A DNA stretch of 64,000 bases from Minisyncoccota bacterium (GCA_023229865.1 JALNYL010000005.1:4422-68421); one strand, 5' to 3'; shown: positions 9,418 to 20,295, counted from the first letter of the stretch. The notes: generated by a model not told the origin, from the sequence alone. A program made the numbers and translations.

Positions 9418-10657
9418 TTATCCCCCTAACCTCTTCGCTGTATTTTTTTTCTGAAAAATTTTCTTTTGCAAAAAGATGAGCCGCAGTTCTCATGTTTTGC
9501 CACTGTTCGATGTTGGTCTTTTTTAATGCGATGAATTCGTTCATGTACGATGCGTAGGTGTCAACGTCGTCTTTATTTGTGATACGCGCAAAGTCTGGAG
9601 ACAGATATTCGGTGTGTGCATTCCAAATGTGTGATCGATGGGAAATGATCGGATTCCCTGCGTGCATTGACTCAGCGATATTGAGGCCAAACGTTTCTCC
9701 GTCGTTTCTAAAATGTGCTAGGCAGTCCAGTGAGTAGTGGAATCCCCAAATGTCCAGTTCATTGCTGCTTGGTGGTATGAAATGTACATTTTTAATGCTC
9801 TCGTCGCGAACTATTTTTTCTAACAGGGGAGGGGGCGACATTATTATGTAATGTGCTTGCGGGTTCTCTTTTGAAATTTTCTGAAAAGCCCTGATTCCAA
9901 TGGGGTCAAAGATGCTATCTGCGTTTCTCCCGATCCTGCCAAACACGAAATCATCTTTGGAGATTCCAAATTCGTCTCTAATTTGTTGCCCGCGGTTCTT
10001 CTCGTTTTGGTGGTCAGACAAAACCTGTACAGGGATAAAAAGAGATCTGTTGCCCGATTGTTTCCCTGTGTATGCTTCAGCGTGTCGCTGTACTTCGTTC
10101 GAAATAAAAATATTCGCAACTATGTTTTTTTGCAGTGTAGGCGAACCAAAGATATTTATCATTATTATGGGAACACGAGAAATCGTGTTGATGGGGTACT
10201 GGGTATAACCACTGTCCGCAGTAGTGACAAGGTCAATATTGTGTTCCGTTATGACATTTTTTATATGAGGGTTCATCCCCTTGATATAAAAAGGATATGC
10301 CGATTCCTTCGCTGTGTAATCAAATTCTATACAGTGCACTCTTTTGTCGATATAGTTTATACGACTATTTGCTACATTTTTGTTCGAATATAAAAAAAAG
10401 ACATCATAGTCGTCGCAGAGGCTATTTGCTAGACTTTGGAGGTTTTTTTCGGTTCCGCCAAAACTCAACCCAGAAATATGATAGAGAAGTATCTTTTTTT
10501 TAAGGTTCAGTGTGTTTGACGTGCTTTTTTTGAGTTGGTATTCTCTTGCTTCTTTTATTGATGAGATATATTTAAAATATGCCTCGTATGAGCGTACGAC
10601 CCACTTTTTTGCAAAGAGAGGGAGTTTGGTTATTATTTTTTTAATTACGCCTCTCAT
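9401..10657 (-). CDS. Glycosyltransferase family 4-like
   Basis: GGTEK and ETFGLNIAESM..G.PII GT-B motifs. Confidence 0.8.
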   Translation of the reverse strand: MRGVIKKIITKLPLFAKKWVVRSYEAYFKYISSIKEAREYQLKKSTSNTLNLKKKILLYHISGLSFGGTEKNLQSLANSLCDDYDVFFLYSNKNVANSRINYIDKRVHCIEFDYTAKESAYPFYIKGMNPHIKNVITEHNIDLVTTADSGYTQYPINTISRVPIIMINIFGSPTLQKNIVANIFISNEVQRHAEAYTGKQSGNRSLFIPVQVLSDHQNEKNRGQQIRDEFGISKDDFVFGRIGRNADSIFDPIGIRAFQKISKENPQAHYIIMSPPPLLEKIVRDESIKNVHFIPPSSNELDIWGFHYSLDCLAHFRNDGETFGLNIAESMHAGNPIISHRSHIWNAHTEYLSPDFARITNKDDVDTYASYMNEFIALKKTNIEQWQNMRTAAHLFAKENFSEKKYSEEVRGIIKNCF

Positions 10658-10659
10658 GT

Positions 10660-11400
10660 TTATTTGAATTGTAAATATGTCGCCATTTTCTTTATCGCCC
10701 TTTCAATAACGTTGAAGAGCCAACTGAGCTTCCAGCCAAGATTTGTTACGCTCCCTGTCTTGTGGTTTGGTAGAACGTCTTGCTCGCCGACGCATACTCC
10801 AAAAATCCCGCTCGGATATCCTCCGATCTCAATATTGCAGAAAAATAATTGCCAGTTGGGAAGATTTTTAATCCACCAGTCTTTATTTCGCACGTGCCAC
10901 ATGTTCCAGCTTGTGTTTTTGTCGTACCGTTCATCGAAGAATAACGTTGAATTCGTGGGGAGGTTATTTACGTATGACAAAAACTCCTCTACGTAGTAAT
11001 TTTCAATATGATTCAAGACTGTTGCCGTTGTTATGAATACAGGAGCTTTGATATCTAGCTGTTGTAGCCCATCAATCATATCTGCATTAATAAAGGAGAC
11101 ATTCGTGTTTTCTTCGTTGATCCTTGTTGCTACTTTTGTGATGGCTGTTGACGGCTCTATCCCGATGGATTTTTTAAAGAATCGAGAACTTTTTCGCACG
11201 AGCCATCCGTTCCCAGAACCAATATCAATATGGGTTTCTGGTAGGGGATTGGACATTCTTATTGCGAGTTCAAAACCTAGCGTTTTAAATAGATTGCACT
11301 GATCGTACTTTTTGATGAGTTGAATGTTGTTTTCGTAACTGTTCGTCTCTTCAAGATATTCAGAGTTATGCTTTTCGTAGCTTTGTAAGTCTTTTTTCAT
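10660..11400 (-). CDS. Class I SAM-dependent methyltransferase
   Basis: IDIGSGNG motif I, GIEPS. Confidence 0.8.
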   Translation of the reverse strand: MKKDLQSYEKHNSEYLEETNSYENNIQLIKKYDQCNLFKTLGFELAIRMSNPLPETHIDIGSGNGWLVRKSSRFFKKSIGIEPSTAITKVATRINEENTNVSFINADMIDGLQQLDIKAPVFITTATVLNHIENYYVEEFLSYVNNLPTNSTLFFDERYDKNTSWNMWHVRNKDWWIKNLPNWQLFFCNIEIGGYPSGIFGVCVGEQDVLPNHKTGSVTNLGWKLSWLFNVIERAIKKMATYLQFK

Positions 11401-11405
11401 AAAAT

Positions 11406-12362
11406 TTATTGAATTATACTATTTTTTACCTTATTCTTTAAGTCGTTTAAGAAGAGTAGCCAGTCGGGGAATACCCTTGCTTCTGGTCCTCTGCCTACTT
11501 TTCTCACAAACATCTCTCTCAATTCTGGTATATCCCAAATATCGAGTGATTCAAAAAATACGATGTTTTTTTGCTCAAAAAGAGTGCTAATCTGTTGTAT
11601 GTAAAAATCATAATCCGCGTCTGTTCGAATGTCTTTAAAATTGGAAAGCGTAAATTCATCCTTGAGCAGTTCTTTGTTGCGTGCCACAGATTCTTTTGAG
11701 TGGCGGTATGTGGCGTTGATCCTTCTTGCGGAGCGGCTACCCTCGACTAGCTCGCTACAGCGGTACCAGGCTTGTTTCAGCTGATTTCTTTTTTGTGCAA
11801 TCTTTTGAAAGTGAAGCACGTACCCTGTTTCAAAGGAATGGTATGTTTTAAGCGTATGATCTCCCGGGGTTCGTTCTTCTGAGAGAAACTGCTTTTTGTA
11901 GGTGCTTGTTCCGTCGTCGGAAAAAATAAAATCTTTATAGATCGACCTATCGGTTGAATTAAAGCAAAGTTCTCCGTTGTCTTGCCTTATCAAAACCCAT
12001 GGCAAAAACAATGTCGCCCCTTTATCCATCGAGCTCACCGTTTCTTTGAGTTTTTTTGAAAACTCGCCCGAGAATGTTTCGTCAGCATCAAGAAAAACGA
12101 AATGGGTACCATTAGACCTTCGCCCCTCTTGTAAAAGGATGTTTCTGCGGAGCGACATATCAACATGACGCTCTGTCGTTTCGAAGGGGACGACGCGCAC
12201 CTTGGGGTATTCTTGCGCTATTTCAAGCAGGTCATCTGTTGAATGGTCGTCCAAAATGATTATTTCATCTGAAAAAAGAGAGAAATTCTTAAGAGAAAAT
12301 CGTAAGATCCAACCTTCGTTTTTTACGGGGACAAGAGTGATTATTTTCATATTATTGAACAT
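11406..12362 (-). CDS. Glycosyltransferase family 2
   Basis: PVKNE, DDHSTD, LDADE. Confidence 0.85.
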   Translation of the reverse strand: MFNNMKIITLVPVKNEGWILRFSLKNFSLFSDEIIILDDHSTDDLLEIAQEYPKVRVVPFETTERHVDMSLRRNILLQEGRRSNGTHFVFLDADETFSGEFSKKLKETVSSMDKGATLFLPWVLIRQDNGELCFNSTDRSIYKDFIFSDDGTSTYKKQFLSEERTPGDHTLKTYHSFETGYVLHFQKIAQKRNQLKQAWYRCSELVEGSRSARRINATYRHSKESVARNKELLKDEFTLSNFKDIRTDADYDFYIQQISTLFEQKNIVFFESLDIWDIPELREMFVRKVGRGPEARVFPDWLLFLNDLKNKVKNSIIQ

Positions 12363-13047
12363 TACGTATGATGGTATCGTTCTCTTTTTTTTGTAGGTCG
12401 TTTTTTGAACCGCTTAATGTTTTTCCGTCGTTGTTGAAAACACCTGAAAGGGTCTTTGTCTTTATTATCCTCACGTTTTTTTGTGCCGCGCGCGACCACC
12501 AGTCAAAGTCACCAGAGATCTTGAACGATTCATTGAATTCCCCGACGATACTAAATGTCTCCTTGGTGAACATAAAATGCGGACCTGCGTACATACCAAC
12601 TTTGAAAAGTTCGCGATCGTACTCAGCCGGATCAACGACCTTTATCATTGCAAGGATCTTGATGCCCCATACATAGATATATCTTTTATAGATGTACGGG
12701 AAATAAGTCGCTTGGAATCCCTTGCTAAGATTCGCGCTTCCTTCGATGAATGCTTTCGTAAAACGCAGGTCATCCACAGCCCAGAAGGTGATGTATTCAT
12801 AGAGACTTTCTTTGGTGCCCCTGTTCCAACTTGCATAAAGAGTTTCTCTGGGGACGGTGATAATTTTAAAGTTGAGGCCGGAGTTTCCTACGAGCATCCT
12901 TTCTTGATTTGAAAAATCGTTTGCGACCAAAATGTGTTCAAATTGGATATTTTGTTTTGCTAATCCATGATGAACCTTCTGGGCGCTTTTAAGGAACGCT
13001 GGAAGGTGTGTTTCTGATTTATACAAAGACGTGACGATGGAGATCAT
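12352..13047 (-). CDS. Glycosyltransferase family 2
   Basis: SIVTSLYK, WNRG, VDD, GEFNESF...DFDWW. Confidence 0.8.
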   Translation of the reverse strand: MISIVTSLYKSETHLPAFLKSAQKVHHGLAKQNIQFEHILVANDFSNQERMLVGNSGLNFKIITVPRETLYASWNRGTKESLYEYITFWAVDDLRFTKAFIEGSANLSKGFQATYFPYIYKRYIYVWGIKILAMIKVVDPAEYDRELFKVGMYAGPHFMFTKETFSIVGEFNESFKISGDFDWWSRAAQKNVRIIKTKTLSGVFNNDGKTLSGSKNDLQKKENDTIIRNVQ

Positions 13048-13053
13048 GTTGAA

Positions 13054-14265
13054 TTAAATAAGTTTTTTGATTTCGTTAATCACTGCTTCGGTGCTTATGT
13101 TACTCACACAGGGGGCAGGGCTCCCTGTGGTAAGTCCATTTGCGCAGGCGTAGGCGTCGTTGAGGCAGTCCATGTTTTTTACTGAAACAACGATGTTCTT
13201 TTCCGTATCTTGGGACGGGTAAAATTCTTTGAAATGACCAAGTCCTAATGGGCAAATCACGGTTGCTCCCACGGCCTCGGCTAAATGCGTCGGGCCGCTG
13301 TCGTTCCCAATATAAAATTTTGCCAATCGTATTATGCCCGCAGTGGAAAAGATGTTCGTTTTTGCTGTTAGGTTAAAGATGTGATCCATCTTGCTTTTGT
13401 CGACATGTTGTAGGATTCCCTCCGCTAAGTTTTTTTCCATTGCGGAGCCACAAATAACGACATCGAAATTGTGTTCAACGAGATGCTCTGCAATTTTTGC
13501 AAATTTGTCGACTGGCCATTTTGAAACAGCTCTTCCTGCGCCAGGGAAGATGACGACAAATGCTCCTTGGGCAATCCCGTATTCGGACAGTATCTTTCGA
13601 GCGCCAGCAATGTCACTGTCTTTTGAGGGGAAGGTTGTTGAGTAGTCGTCAAATGTTTTTCCCGCTAATTCTTCAATAAGATGTTTGTGTCGATAAAATT
13701 CATTTGAAATAGTTGTAGGGGTGCGTATCAACTTTGTGTACGGGTCCAAGAGAAAAATCCGACCTAGTTTTTCAACTTCATATCCCGCAAAAGATATTTT
13801 TTCTGTAGCTTGTGTTGCTCTTACGATAAAGTCGCTGATTTTTCTTCTGTAATATATTGGATTTATTACGGTATCAAAATTCATTTGGTAAAATTTCTTA
13901 GACAGAGCAAATCTGTAGAAAATATTTTTCGAGAATTTTTTTGCGTCAAAGAGAATGACATTGTCGACATTTTCTCCTTTGTATCGGTTGGCAATTTCGT
14001 AGTTGATTTTATTATCAACGAGAAGAGATATTTCATAACCAGGAAAGACTTCTCGGTATTTTAGTAATGACGGGAGGAAAATAATGAAATCGCCCAGCCC
14101 TTCAAGCTTGATAAGAAGTAATTTTTTCTTGGTATTTTGGTCTCTTCTTGTGAAGGGCAAAGTGGCCATTATCAAATTATTTACCAGTGTTCGGAAAAGA
14201 TTTATTGCAGAGTTCATGTTGTTGCGAGTGGGGAAGTGGTTGTTGATTAAAGCAAAGTATATCAT
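13054..14265 (-). CDS. Glycosyltransferase family 9 (heptosyltransferase-like)
   Basis: GLGD, PGAG...KWP, GNDSGPTHLAEA motifs; start could be 14217. Confidence 0.85.
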   Translation of the reverse strand: MIYFALINNHFPTRNNMNSAINLFRTLVNNLIMATLPFTRRDQNTKKKLLLIKLEGLGDFIIFLPSLLKYREVFPGYEISLLVDNKINYEIANRYKGENVDNVILFDAKKFSKNIFYRFALSKKFYQMNFDTVINPIYYRRKISDFIVRATQATEKISFAGYEVEKLGRIFLLDPYTKLIRTPTTISNEFYRHKHLIEELAGKTFDDYSTTFPSKDSDIAGARKILSEYGIAQGAFVVIFPGAGRAVSKWPVDKFAKIAEHLVEHNFDVVICGSAMEKNLAEGILQHVDKSKMDHIFNLTAKTNIFSTAGIIRLAKFYIGNDSGPTHLAEAVGATVICPLGLGHFKEFYPSQDTEKNIVVSVKNMDCLNDAYACANGLTTGSPAPCVSNISTEAVINEIKKLI

Positions 14266-14373
14266 TTCTTGTTGTGCGGGAACAACTTAATCCCGCAACG
14301 CCGCAGCCCTGTACAAGAGCGTTAATATGTAGTATATTTGCGGGAGTTGTACTTTACCAATGAGGAGAAAAAA

Positions 14374-16215
14374 ATGAATGCACCCCAGCAGAGAATTCGG
14401 GTTTTGTTGGTTGCTCGATATTACATCATTGAGCCCCTCGGAATCCTCCATTTGATAGGGCTTGCTGATTCGATTGGTTGTGAAGTTGATGTGGAGCTTG
14501 TCCCCGGGAATGACTTTTCTGCTCTTTACAAAAAGGTAGAAGAGTGGAAACCGGATTTTGTTGGTTTCCAAATTTGGACAGGGTGGCATCTCCAGATTTT
14601 TGCGGCTTGTGATCATGTCCGCAACATGGGGACAAAGGTGATTGTCGGTGGCCCTCACGTCACGTACTTCACCCACGAATGTGCCAAGCATGCTGATTTT
14701 GTTGTTCGCGGTGACGGTTTCCGTAATTTCAGGCGCATCTTGCAGGGAGAACTTCTCCCTGGTATACATTTTGACGTCGAACAGCTGGCGGAGTCGTTCC
14801 CTATGCCTAATCGCAGTATCGTGTACAACAAGTACCCCGCATTACGCAATAGCCCCATTCGTAGCATAATTACATCTGTTGGTTGTCCCTTTACGTGTAG
14901 TTATTGCTACGCACCAGAATGGAACAGGATGTATGGTGGTTTCAGACACCGACAACGTTCGGTGGATGACATCATTCGCGAAGGGGTTGAAATCAGTACC
15001 AAGTGGGGAGCGGAGATGGTCTACATTCAAGATGACATCTTTGGCTTTGATAAGGTTTGGCTTGCTGATTTTGCAAAACGATGGAAGGAAGAAGTTAACC
15101 TTCCGTTTCATTGCCAAATCCGATTGGAGCTTACTCGTCATACTGCCGGAGATGAGAGGTTGGACCTCTTCAAACAGGCGGGGTGTACTGGTATTACGCT
15201 TGCTATTGAGTCAGGTGATCCGTTTCTAAGGGAGCATGTTCTTCACCGCGAAATGTCAGACGAACTTATTCTTGAGGGGTGTGCGAAGATTCGCTCCCGA
15301 GGGATGACGCTTCGTACAGAGCAGATTCTTGCGGTCCCCTTTAGTAATCTGGATACAGATCTTTCGACTCTACACCTTAACAACCTTGTTGCACCAGAAA
15401 TGGCTTGGACTTCGATCTTGGTGCCATATAGTGGCACTGAATTGGGTGGAATTGCCAATGCCTTTGGTTATTACAAAGGAGAAAACGACGATATTAAGGA
15501 GGTGTTTTTCGACAGAAGTGTCATGCGACATTCAAAAACCGCAAAGGGTGTCGTGGAAAAAGTTGTCGGTGAAATGGTTAGAGTGAATAAAACCATGGAG
15601 AAGGCACAGCAATATCGGGGTTCCCCCTTGCAACGCCTCGAAGCACGAGAGGTAGCACCGTTTGTCTCGGAAGTTTTTATTCGTGATGGACAAGGCTCGT
15701 CTTTCCCGGTGCTCCCGTCTCGCCAAAAGCCGCTCTGCACCATTGAGTTTTTGAACGATGAGGAGAACGATCGATATTCCAATCAAATCGTCATTCTTCA
15801 AAGGCTCTTTATGTGGTTTGCCGCTGTCCCAGAAGCACGCGAACTCGCCAAGAGATATATATCACTTGAGCAGGAAGAGTGGACGTGGGTGCGCCTTGGC
15901 GAGGTCGTCATGGAGCACTTCAAACTGCTCGGAAAGGAGCAAGACGCAGAAAGGTGGATAAATGAACTCGTTCAGGCATTCAGCTGTGATTCTCGAGATG
16001 AATTGCCAAGCGTTGTGAAGGATAATCCACTCTACTTCGTTTTCTTTCCTTCGAGCGCTGATTTTGCTAAGCATGTTGTTGCACTAAATGTAATCAACAT
16101 GAAGGCAGAGCCAGGACGTCAGTTTGACGAGCTCGGTGGGGTGGCGCGTAGATGGTTGTTTGATACTGCTCTTTATAAAATTGTTCCCGCAACAAAACCA
16201 ATTGCTTGCGATTGA
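14374..16215 (+). CDS. B12-binding radical SAM protein with a long C-terminal extension
   Basis: PLGILHL and GGPHVT cobalamin-domain motifs, CPFTCSYC (CxxxCxxC), AIESG; SD GAGGAG before ATG 14374. Confidence 0.85.
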   Translation: MNAPQQRIRVLLVARYYIIEPLGILHLIGLADSIGCEVDVELVPGNDFSALYKKVEEWKPDFVGFQIWTGWHLQIFAACDHVRNMGTKVIVGGPHVTYFTHECAKHADFVVRGDGFRNFRRILQGELLPGIHFDVEQLAESFPMPNRSIVYNKYPALRNSPIRSIITSVGCPFTCSYCYAPEWNRMYGGFRHRQRSVDDIIREGVEISTKWGAEMVYIQDDIFGFDKVWLADFAKRWKEEVNLPFHCQIRLELTRHTAGDERLDLFKQAGCTGITLAIESGDPFLREHVLHREMSDELILEGCAKIRSRGMTLRTEQILAVPFSNLDTDLSTLHLNNLVAPEMAWTSILVPYSGTELGGIANAFGYYKGENDDIKEVFFDRSVMRHSKTAKGVVEKVVGEMVRVNKTMEKAQQYRGSPLQRLEAREVAPFVSEVFIRDGQGSSFPVLPSRQKPLCTIEFLNDEENDRYSNQIVILQRLFMWFAAVPEARELAKRYISLEQEEWTWVRLGEVVMEHFKLLGKEQDAERWINELVQAFSCDSRDELPSVVKDNPLYFVFFPSSADFAKHVVALNVINMKAEPGRQFDELGGVARRWLFDTALYKIVPATKPIACD

Positions 16216-16225
16216 TGTTATGGGG

Positions 16226-16259
16226 AAACGCCGCTGAGTTATTTCAGCGGCGTTTTTTT
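16226..16259. terminator. Terminator between convergent genes
   Basis: AAACGCCGCTGA/TCAGCGGCGTTT stem and T-run. Confidence 0.75.
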
Positions 16260-16992
16260 ATTTGATTATTTTCCTTAATATAACTTCGATTTGAAGCTTG
16301 GGAGCAAAGACAAGGATTTTAAATAACCAATTATTGATCTTTTTGTTCGTTATTATGTGGATGTTTTTTCCGTCAGTGTAAAAATGTAATCCAAATTTCG
16401 AGGCAAGGTTTCGAAGGGATTGTTCTGAATAAAAGGCGACGTGCTGTCCATGGTGAAATCCATAATAACCCCAAGCGTCAGGGTCGGGGATCTCATTGGG
16501 GGGAATGAGTTTTGTTGAAAAAAGGATGGTATTGGATATGGATAATATCTTTTTAATTTCCTCTACAGGGGCAGGAAAGTGTTCAAAACATTCAAAACAT
16601 GTGACTGCTTTTATTTCTTCATTATGGTATTCAAGTCCAGTTGCGAAAATACCCTCGGTGTATTGGTCCATCCAGTAGAATTTTAGACCATAGTCGTTCA
16701 TGAGTCGCGCAAACAATCCGTACCCACCTGCATAGTCGAGAAATTTATCTTTCGCGCTAAACAAGGTATAAAAAATTACCAGGGTGATTCTCGACATGAG
16801 GATGTTTCTGCCGACATACCCCGTATCTGATTTGTTGATCGAATTTTTGTATGCTTCGTCGAGCCAGTAAGGAGTCTCTGTTTGTATGAAGTGACAGTTT
16901 TTGCAGTGAAAATAATCGACATCATACTTTTCGAGTACTCTTTTTGTGAAAATTTTTTCTACTTCTTTGCCGCAAATGTTACATGTTTTCAT
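16258..16992 (-). CDS. Class I SAM methyltransferase with N-terminal Zn-finger-like Cys pairs
   Basis: CNIC/CKNC, LDYAGGYG, FECFEH. Confidence 0.85.
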   Translation of the reverse strand: MKTCNICGKEVEKIFTKRVLEKYDVDYFHCKNCHFIQTETPYWLDEAYKNSINKSDTGYVGRNILMSRITLVIFYTLFSAKDKFLDYAGGYGLFARLMNDYGLKFYWMDQYTEGIFATGLEYHNEEIKAVTCFECFEHFPAPVEEIKKILSISNTILFSTKLIPPNEIPDPDAWGYYGFHHGQHVAFYSEQSLRNLASKFGLHFYTDGKNIHIITNKKINNWLFKILVFAPKLQIEVILRKIIK

Positions 16993-17545
16993 GATGGGGA
17001 ATCATTTTTATTAATTTTGCAGGATTTCCGCCTACAATTGCATAATCTGGAACATTTTGCGTCACAACACTACCAGCTGCAACCACACTGTGTTTGCCGA
17101 TGGTTACCCCACCAAGAACGATTGCTCGAGTGCCAATCCAGGCACCTTCTTTGATGTGTATTGGTTTTTCAGTGATGCTTGCGTGGCGTTCTTCATTGAA
17201 GAAATTATAATCATGCCCTCGTGCAAGTAAGCACACTCCATGTCCAAAAAAAACATAATCATCGATAGTGATTTTGCCAACATTATTCCCTGCGTTGATG
17301 AGTGTGTCAACCAAGGAGATATGCGAACCAAGATATATATTGTGGTGCCCGCTAAATACTCGGAATCCTTTTTCAATATACACCTGAGAACCTTTGTGGG
17401 GGATCATCTTGAAGTGTTGTCTTTCTGAGATGCGATCCCTCTTTCTTATGATGATTTCAGTGTAATCCATGCCGTAATACCAGCCCCTAACAAAACGTGC
17501 TACGGACTTGATTTGCTTTTTTATTTCGTTTAGATATGCTTTCAT
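16979..17545 (-). CDS. Hexapeptide-repeat O-acyltransferase
   Basis: WIGTRAIVLGGVTIG..SVVAAGSVVT..VP...VGGNPAK. Confidence 0.9.
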   Translation of the reverse strand: MKAYLNEIKKQIKSVARFVRGWYYGMDYTEIIIRKRDRISERQHFKMIPHKGSQVYIEKGFRVFSGHHNIYLGSHISLVDTLINAGNNVGKITIDDYVFFGHGVCLLARGHDYNFFNEERHASITEKPIHIKEGAWIGTRAIVLGGVTIGKHSVVAAGSVVTQNVPDYAIVGGNPAKLIKMIPHHENM

Positions 17546-17551
17546 TTTTTT

Positions 17552-18515
17552 TTAAATTTTTAATTTTAATTTTCTGTAAATGAGTCTTGTGAATTTACGT
17601 AATTTTAGCATATCTAGTATTTGTATGAGGAGTATTCGATAGTTAAAATTATCAACAAATGTATCTTTGAGAAGTGCGTACTCAATTTCGATATTAGGCG
17701 TCATCTCTCGTGGGTGCTTGAGGTTCTCGACAGAAATGAATTCCGTGTGCATGTTGTTGAAGGGAGATGCGGAGATGCTGTGCGTCCCGCTAATTCCGAT
17801 GTTGCTTACCAAGTTTCTTGGGGGGATAATGCAGAGCATGTTATTCGCAAGGCAAGAAAAAAACCACTGAACATCCCACGTGTTGATGCGTTTACTGTAG
17901 CCGAATTCAAACGAGTCGTTATAAAATGACGACACGTTTTTACTGCTAAATATTTTCTGAAGGCGGTGTTGTTTTTTAAAATTAGGCCAACTCTTCATTT
18001 CTATATCATATTTACTCCAAGCTCTCCTCCAAGTGGCCCAGCCCCATATGTAGATTGGTCGCACAAAATAGTATTCGTCTTTGTTTGGATTGATTTTCAC
18101 GAGAGTTTTTTCTTGCACAAAATTGTCTCCTGATATCATCCCCACGTGTTCGTTATCCTGATATTTTTTTAACATCGTTTCGCAAAAAGCAAAAAAAGAA
18201 GGATGGGGAAGGCAGTCGTCCTCTAAAATGATCCCTTGTTCGACGTTTTCAAAAAACCAAGTAATCGAGGAGCTGACAGCATTTTTGCAGCCCAGGTTTT
18301 TTTTCTCGGAACAATGTTTTAACCTCGCATTCCCAGTCGATATTTTTCACGATGCTTTTTGTTTCAGCACAAAGGACCTGATCGCCCGGGACATTATCTC
18401 GGGGGCCATCTGACGCGATAAAAAGCTGCTTTGGTCTTGCTTTTCGAATTTCTTCAAAGACTTTTGCCGTAGTGTCTGGCCTGTTGAATATCAAGAGAAG
18501 GATGGGGGTATCCAT
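17552..18515 (-). pseudogene. GT-A fold glycosyltransferase split by a +1 frameshift in an A8 tract
   Basis: MDTPILLLIFNRPD start at 18515; removing one A at 18297-18304 gives [32 protein letters not shown], continuous with ORF 17552-18175 (WGWATWRRAW). Confidence 0.85.
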
Positions 18516-18591
18516 AATATAATTAGTGTGTCCTTGAATTATAGCATTTTTTGAAGACCATGCCTTTTGTTTTGTGCTATTATTGATTTTG

Positions 18592-19509
18592 ATGATTTCT
18601 TTCAGCAAACTAGGGAATTATGGGAGGTTGGGGAACCAGCTTTTCCAATATGCTTTTCTGAGAACTCAAGCAGAAAGACTTGGGGTGAAATTTTATTGTC
18701 CGACATGGGAGGGGGATAGTATATTCAACTTAGGGGACGAAGGCGCGCGTTGCGCCGAATTTGTTCCACGTACATACTACGAAGATCATTCCAATGGTTA
18801 CAACCTTGATGCCACTCAAATCCAAGATGGTACTGATATTGCAGGTTTCTTTCAGTCTGATAAATATTTTAAAAAGGGGGATGTGCATCGCTGGTTTTCA
18901 TTTAATGAATCATTGTTTGTCGCCGTTAACAAAAAATATTCGGACATAAATTTTTCAGAAAGTACTGGATTGCACGTACGTCTCGGAGACTATACGACAC
19001 CCCAGCTTGTTTTCTATGTTCCAAGACCAGAATTTTATAAAAAAGCACTCGAGCTGGTTGATCACAAAAGAAGTATCCTGGTTTTTTCTGACGATGTTGT
19101 TTTTGCAAAAAAATACTTAAAGGGGATTCCCGGGAACTTCGTTTATATGGAGAAGAACAAGGGCTATGAGGATCTATACTTGATGTCTAAATGCAGAGAT
19201 GTGGTAATTTCCTCCTCGAGTTTCAGTTGGTGGGCGGCGTTCCTGAATACCTATTCAGATAAAAAGGTTGTCATGCCCGCTTCTTGGTTTTTACCAGGAG
19301 GGAAGACTGCTAATAATGATATATTTGTTGAGGGTTGGATTCGACTGAGGGCGCACCGGTTTTACGATTATTACTATATCAAGTATCTTCCTAATATAAT
19401 CAGGGTATACAGTGGAAGAATATCTAAAAGCATCGATCTATTAAGAAGGGATGGGGTTGTGTCCGCGATGAATGAAATTAAAAAATTTGTTCTCAAAAGA
19501 CAACGATAG
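18592..19509 (+). CDS. Alpha-1,2-fucosyltransferase family (GT11)
   Basis: GRLGNQLFQYA, HVRLGDY, SSFSWWAA. Confidence 0.9.
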   Translation: MISFSKLGNYGRLGNQLFQYAFLRTQAERLGVKFYCPTWEGDSIFNLGDEGARCAEFVPRTYYEDHSNGYNLDATQIQDGTDIAGFFQSDKYFKKGDVHRWFSFNESLFVAVNKKYSDINFSESTGLHVRLGDYTTPQLVFYVPRPEFYKKALELVDHKRSILVFSDDVVFAKKYLKGIPGNFVYMEKNKGYEDLYLMSKCRDVVISSSSFSWWAAFLNTYSDKKVVMPASWFLPGGKTANNDIFVEGWIRLRAHRFYDYYYIKYLPNIIRVYSGRISKSIDLLRRDGVVSAMNEIKKFVLKRQR

Positions 19510-19518
19510 TCTAGTCTT

Positions 19519-20295
19519 TTATTTTTTAATGAACCAGAAGCAGCCACAAGCGTCGTTCTGCTTGTCTGATTCTTCTTTTGTTGCGTTCCTGATTATACCA
19601 ACCTCTCTGGCGTTGTCGGGAATCAAAGAAAACTCCTCTAGGTGAAGATCTGAAAAATATTTCATAATTTGAGCGTATGAATATTGTCGGTGAGCGTTAA
19701 AGATGATTTTTGGATCACCGCCGATAGGCACGACGAACAATAAGCTTCCGCCAGGAGCGAGTACTCTTTTGAGTTCTTGTATTGCTTTTAAATCTCCTTG
19801 CGGATCAACGGGGTCTCCGTATCGGCCTAGTCCTACATGTTCTACTGTGTGCATGCAAGAAAGTGACATTATTGAGTTGTCTTGAAACGGCATTGAAAGC
19901 AGGTCGCCACTTTTTGTCTCGAGATTGTCTAGTTTTATATCTGCGGGGCGGTAGTCATAAAATTTTATGGGAATAAAAGCAGAGATAAGCGTGCTGAACG
20001 GGAGAAACGAAGAGAAGTCAACATGATACTCTGGCTTTGTTTTTGCAAGAATTCTTGCTGCCCATGCCGGGTGGTAGGTATAGTGTGGTTCGATTTTTGT
20101 TACTGTTGTTCTGTCGAGTAGTTGAGGGGCCATCGAAGATATTTTGAGAGGGAATCGCCCGTCATTGTTTTTTGAAAATTTATACAGATCAAGAACAAAA
20201 TAAACAAAGTTAATCAGTTTTTTTATTTTGATATAGAAAAAAACCGAAAAAGGGATCGCGATAATGATTTTTTTTGTTCTATTACTTATGTTCAT
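19519..20295 (-). CDS. DUF268-type methyltransferase-like protein
   Basis: HY.YH.AWAAR, SLSCMHTVEHVGLGRYGD, FNAHR. Confidence 0.85.
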   Translation of the reverse strand: MNISNRTKKIIIAIPFSVFFYIKIKKLINFVYFVLDLYKFSKNNDGRFPLKISSMAPQLLDRTTVTKIEPHYTYHPAWAARILAKTKPEYHVDFSSFLPFSTLISAFIPIKFYDYRPADIKLDNLETKSGDLLSMPFQDNSIMSLSCMHTVEHVGLGRYGDPVDPQGDLKAIQELKRVLAPGGSLLFVVPIGGDPKIIFNAHRQYSYAQIMKYFSDLHLEEFSLIPDNAREVGIIRNATKEESDKQNDACGCFWFIKK

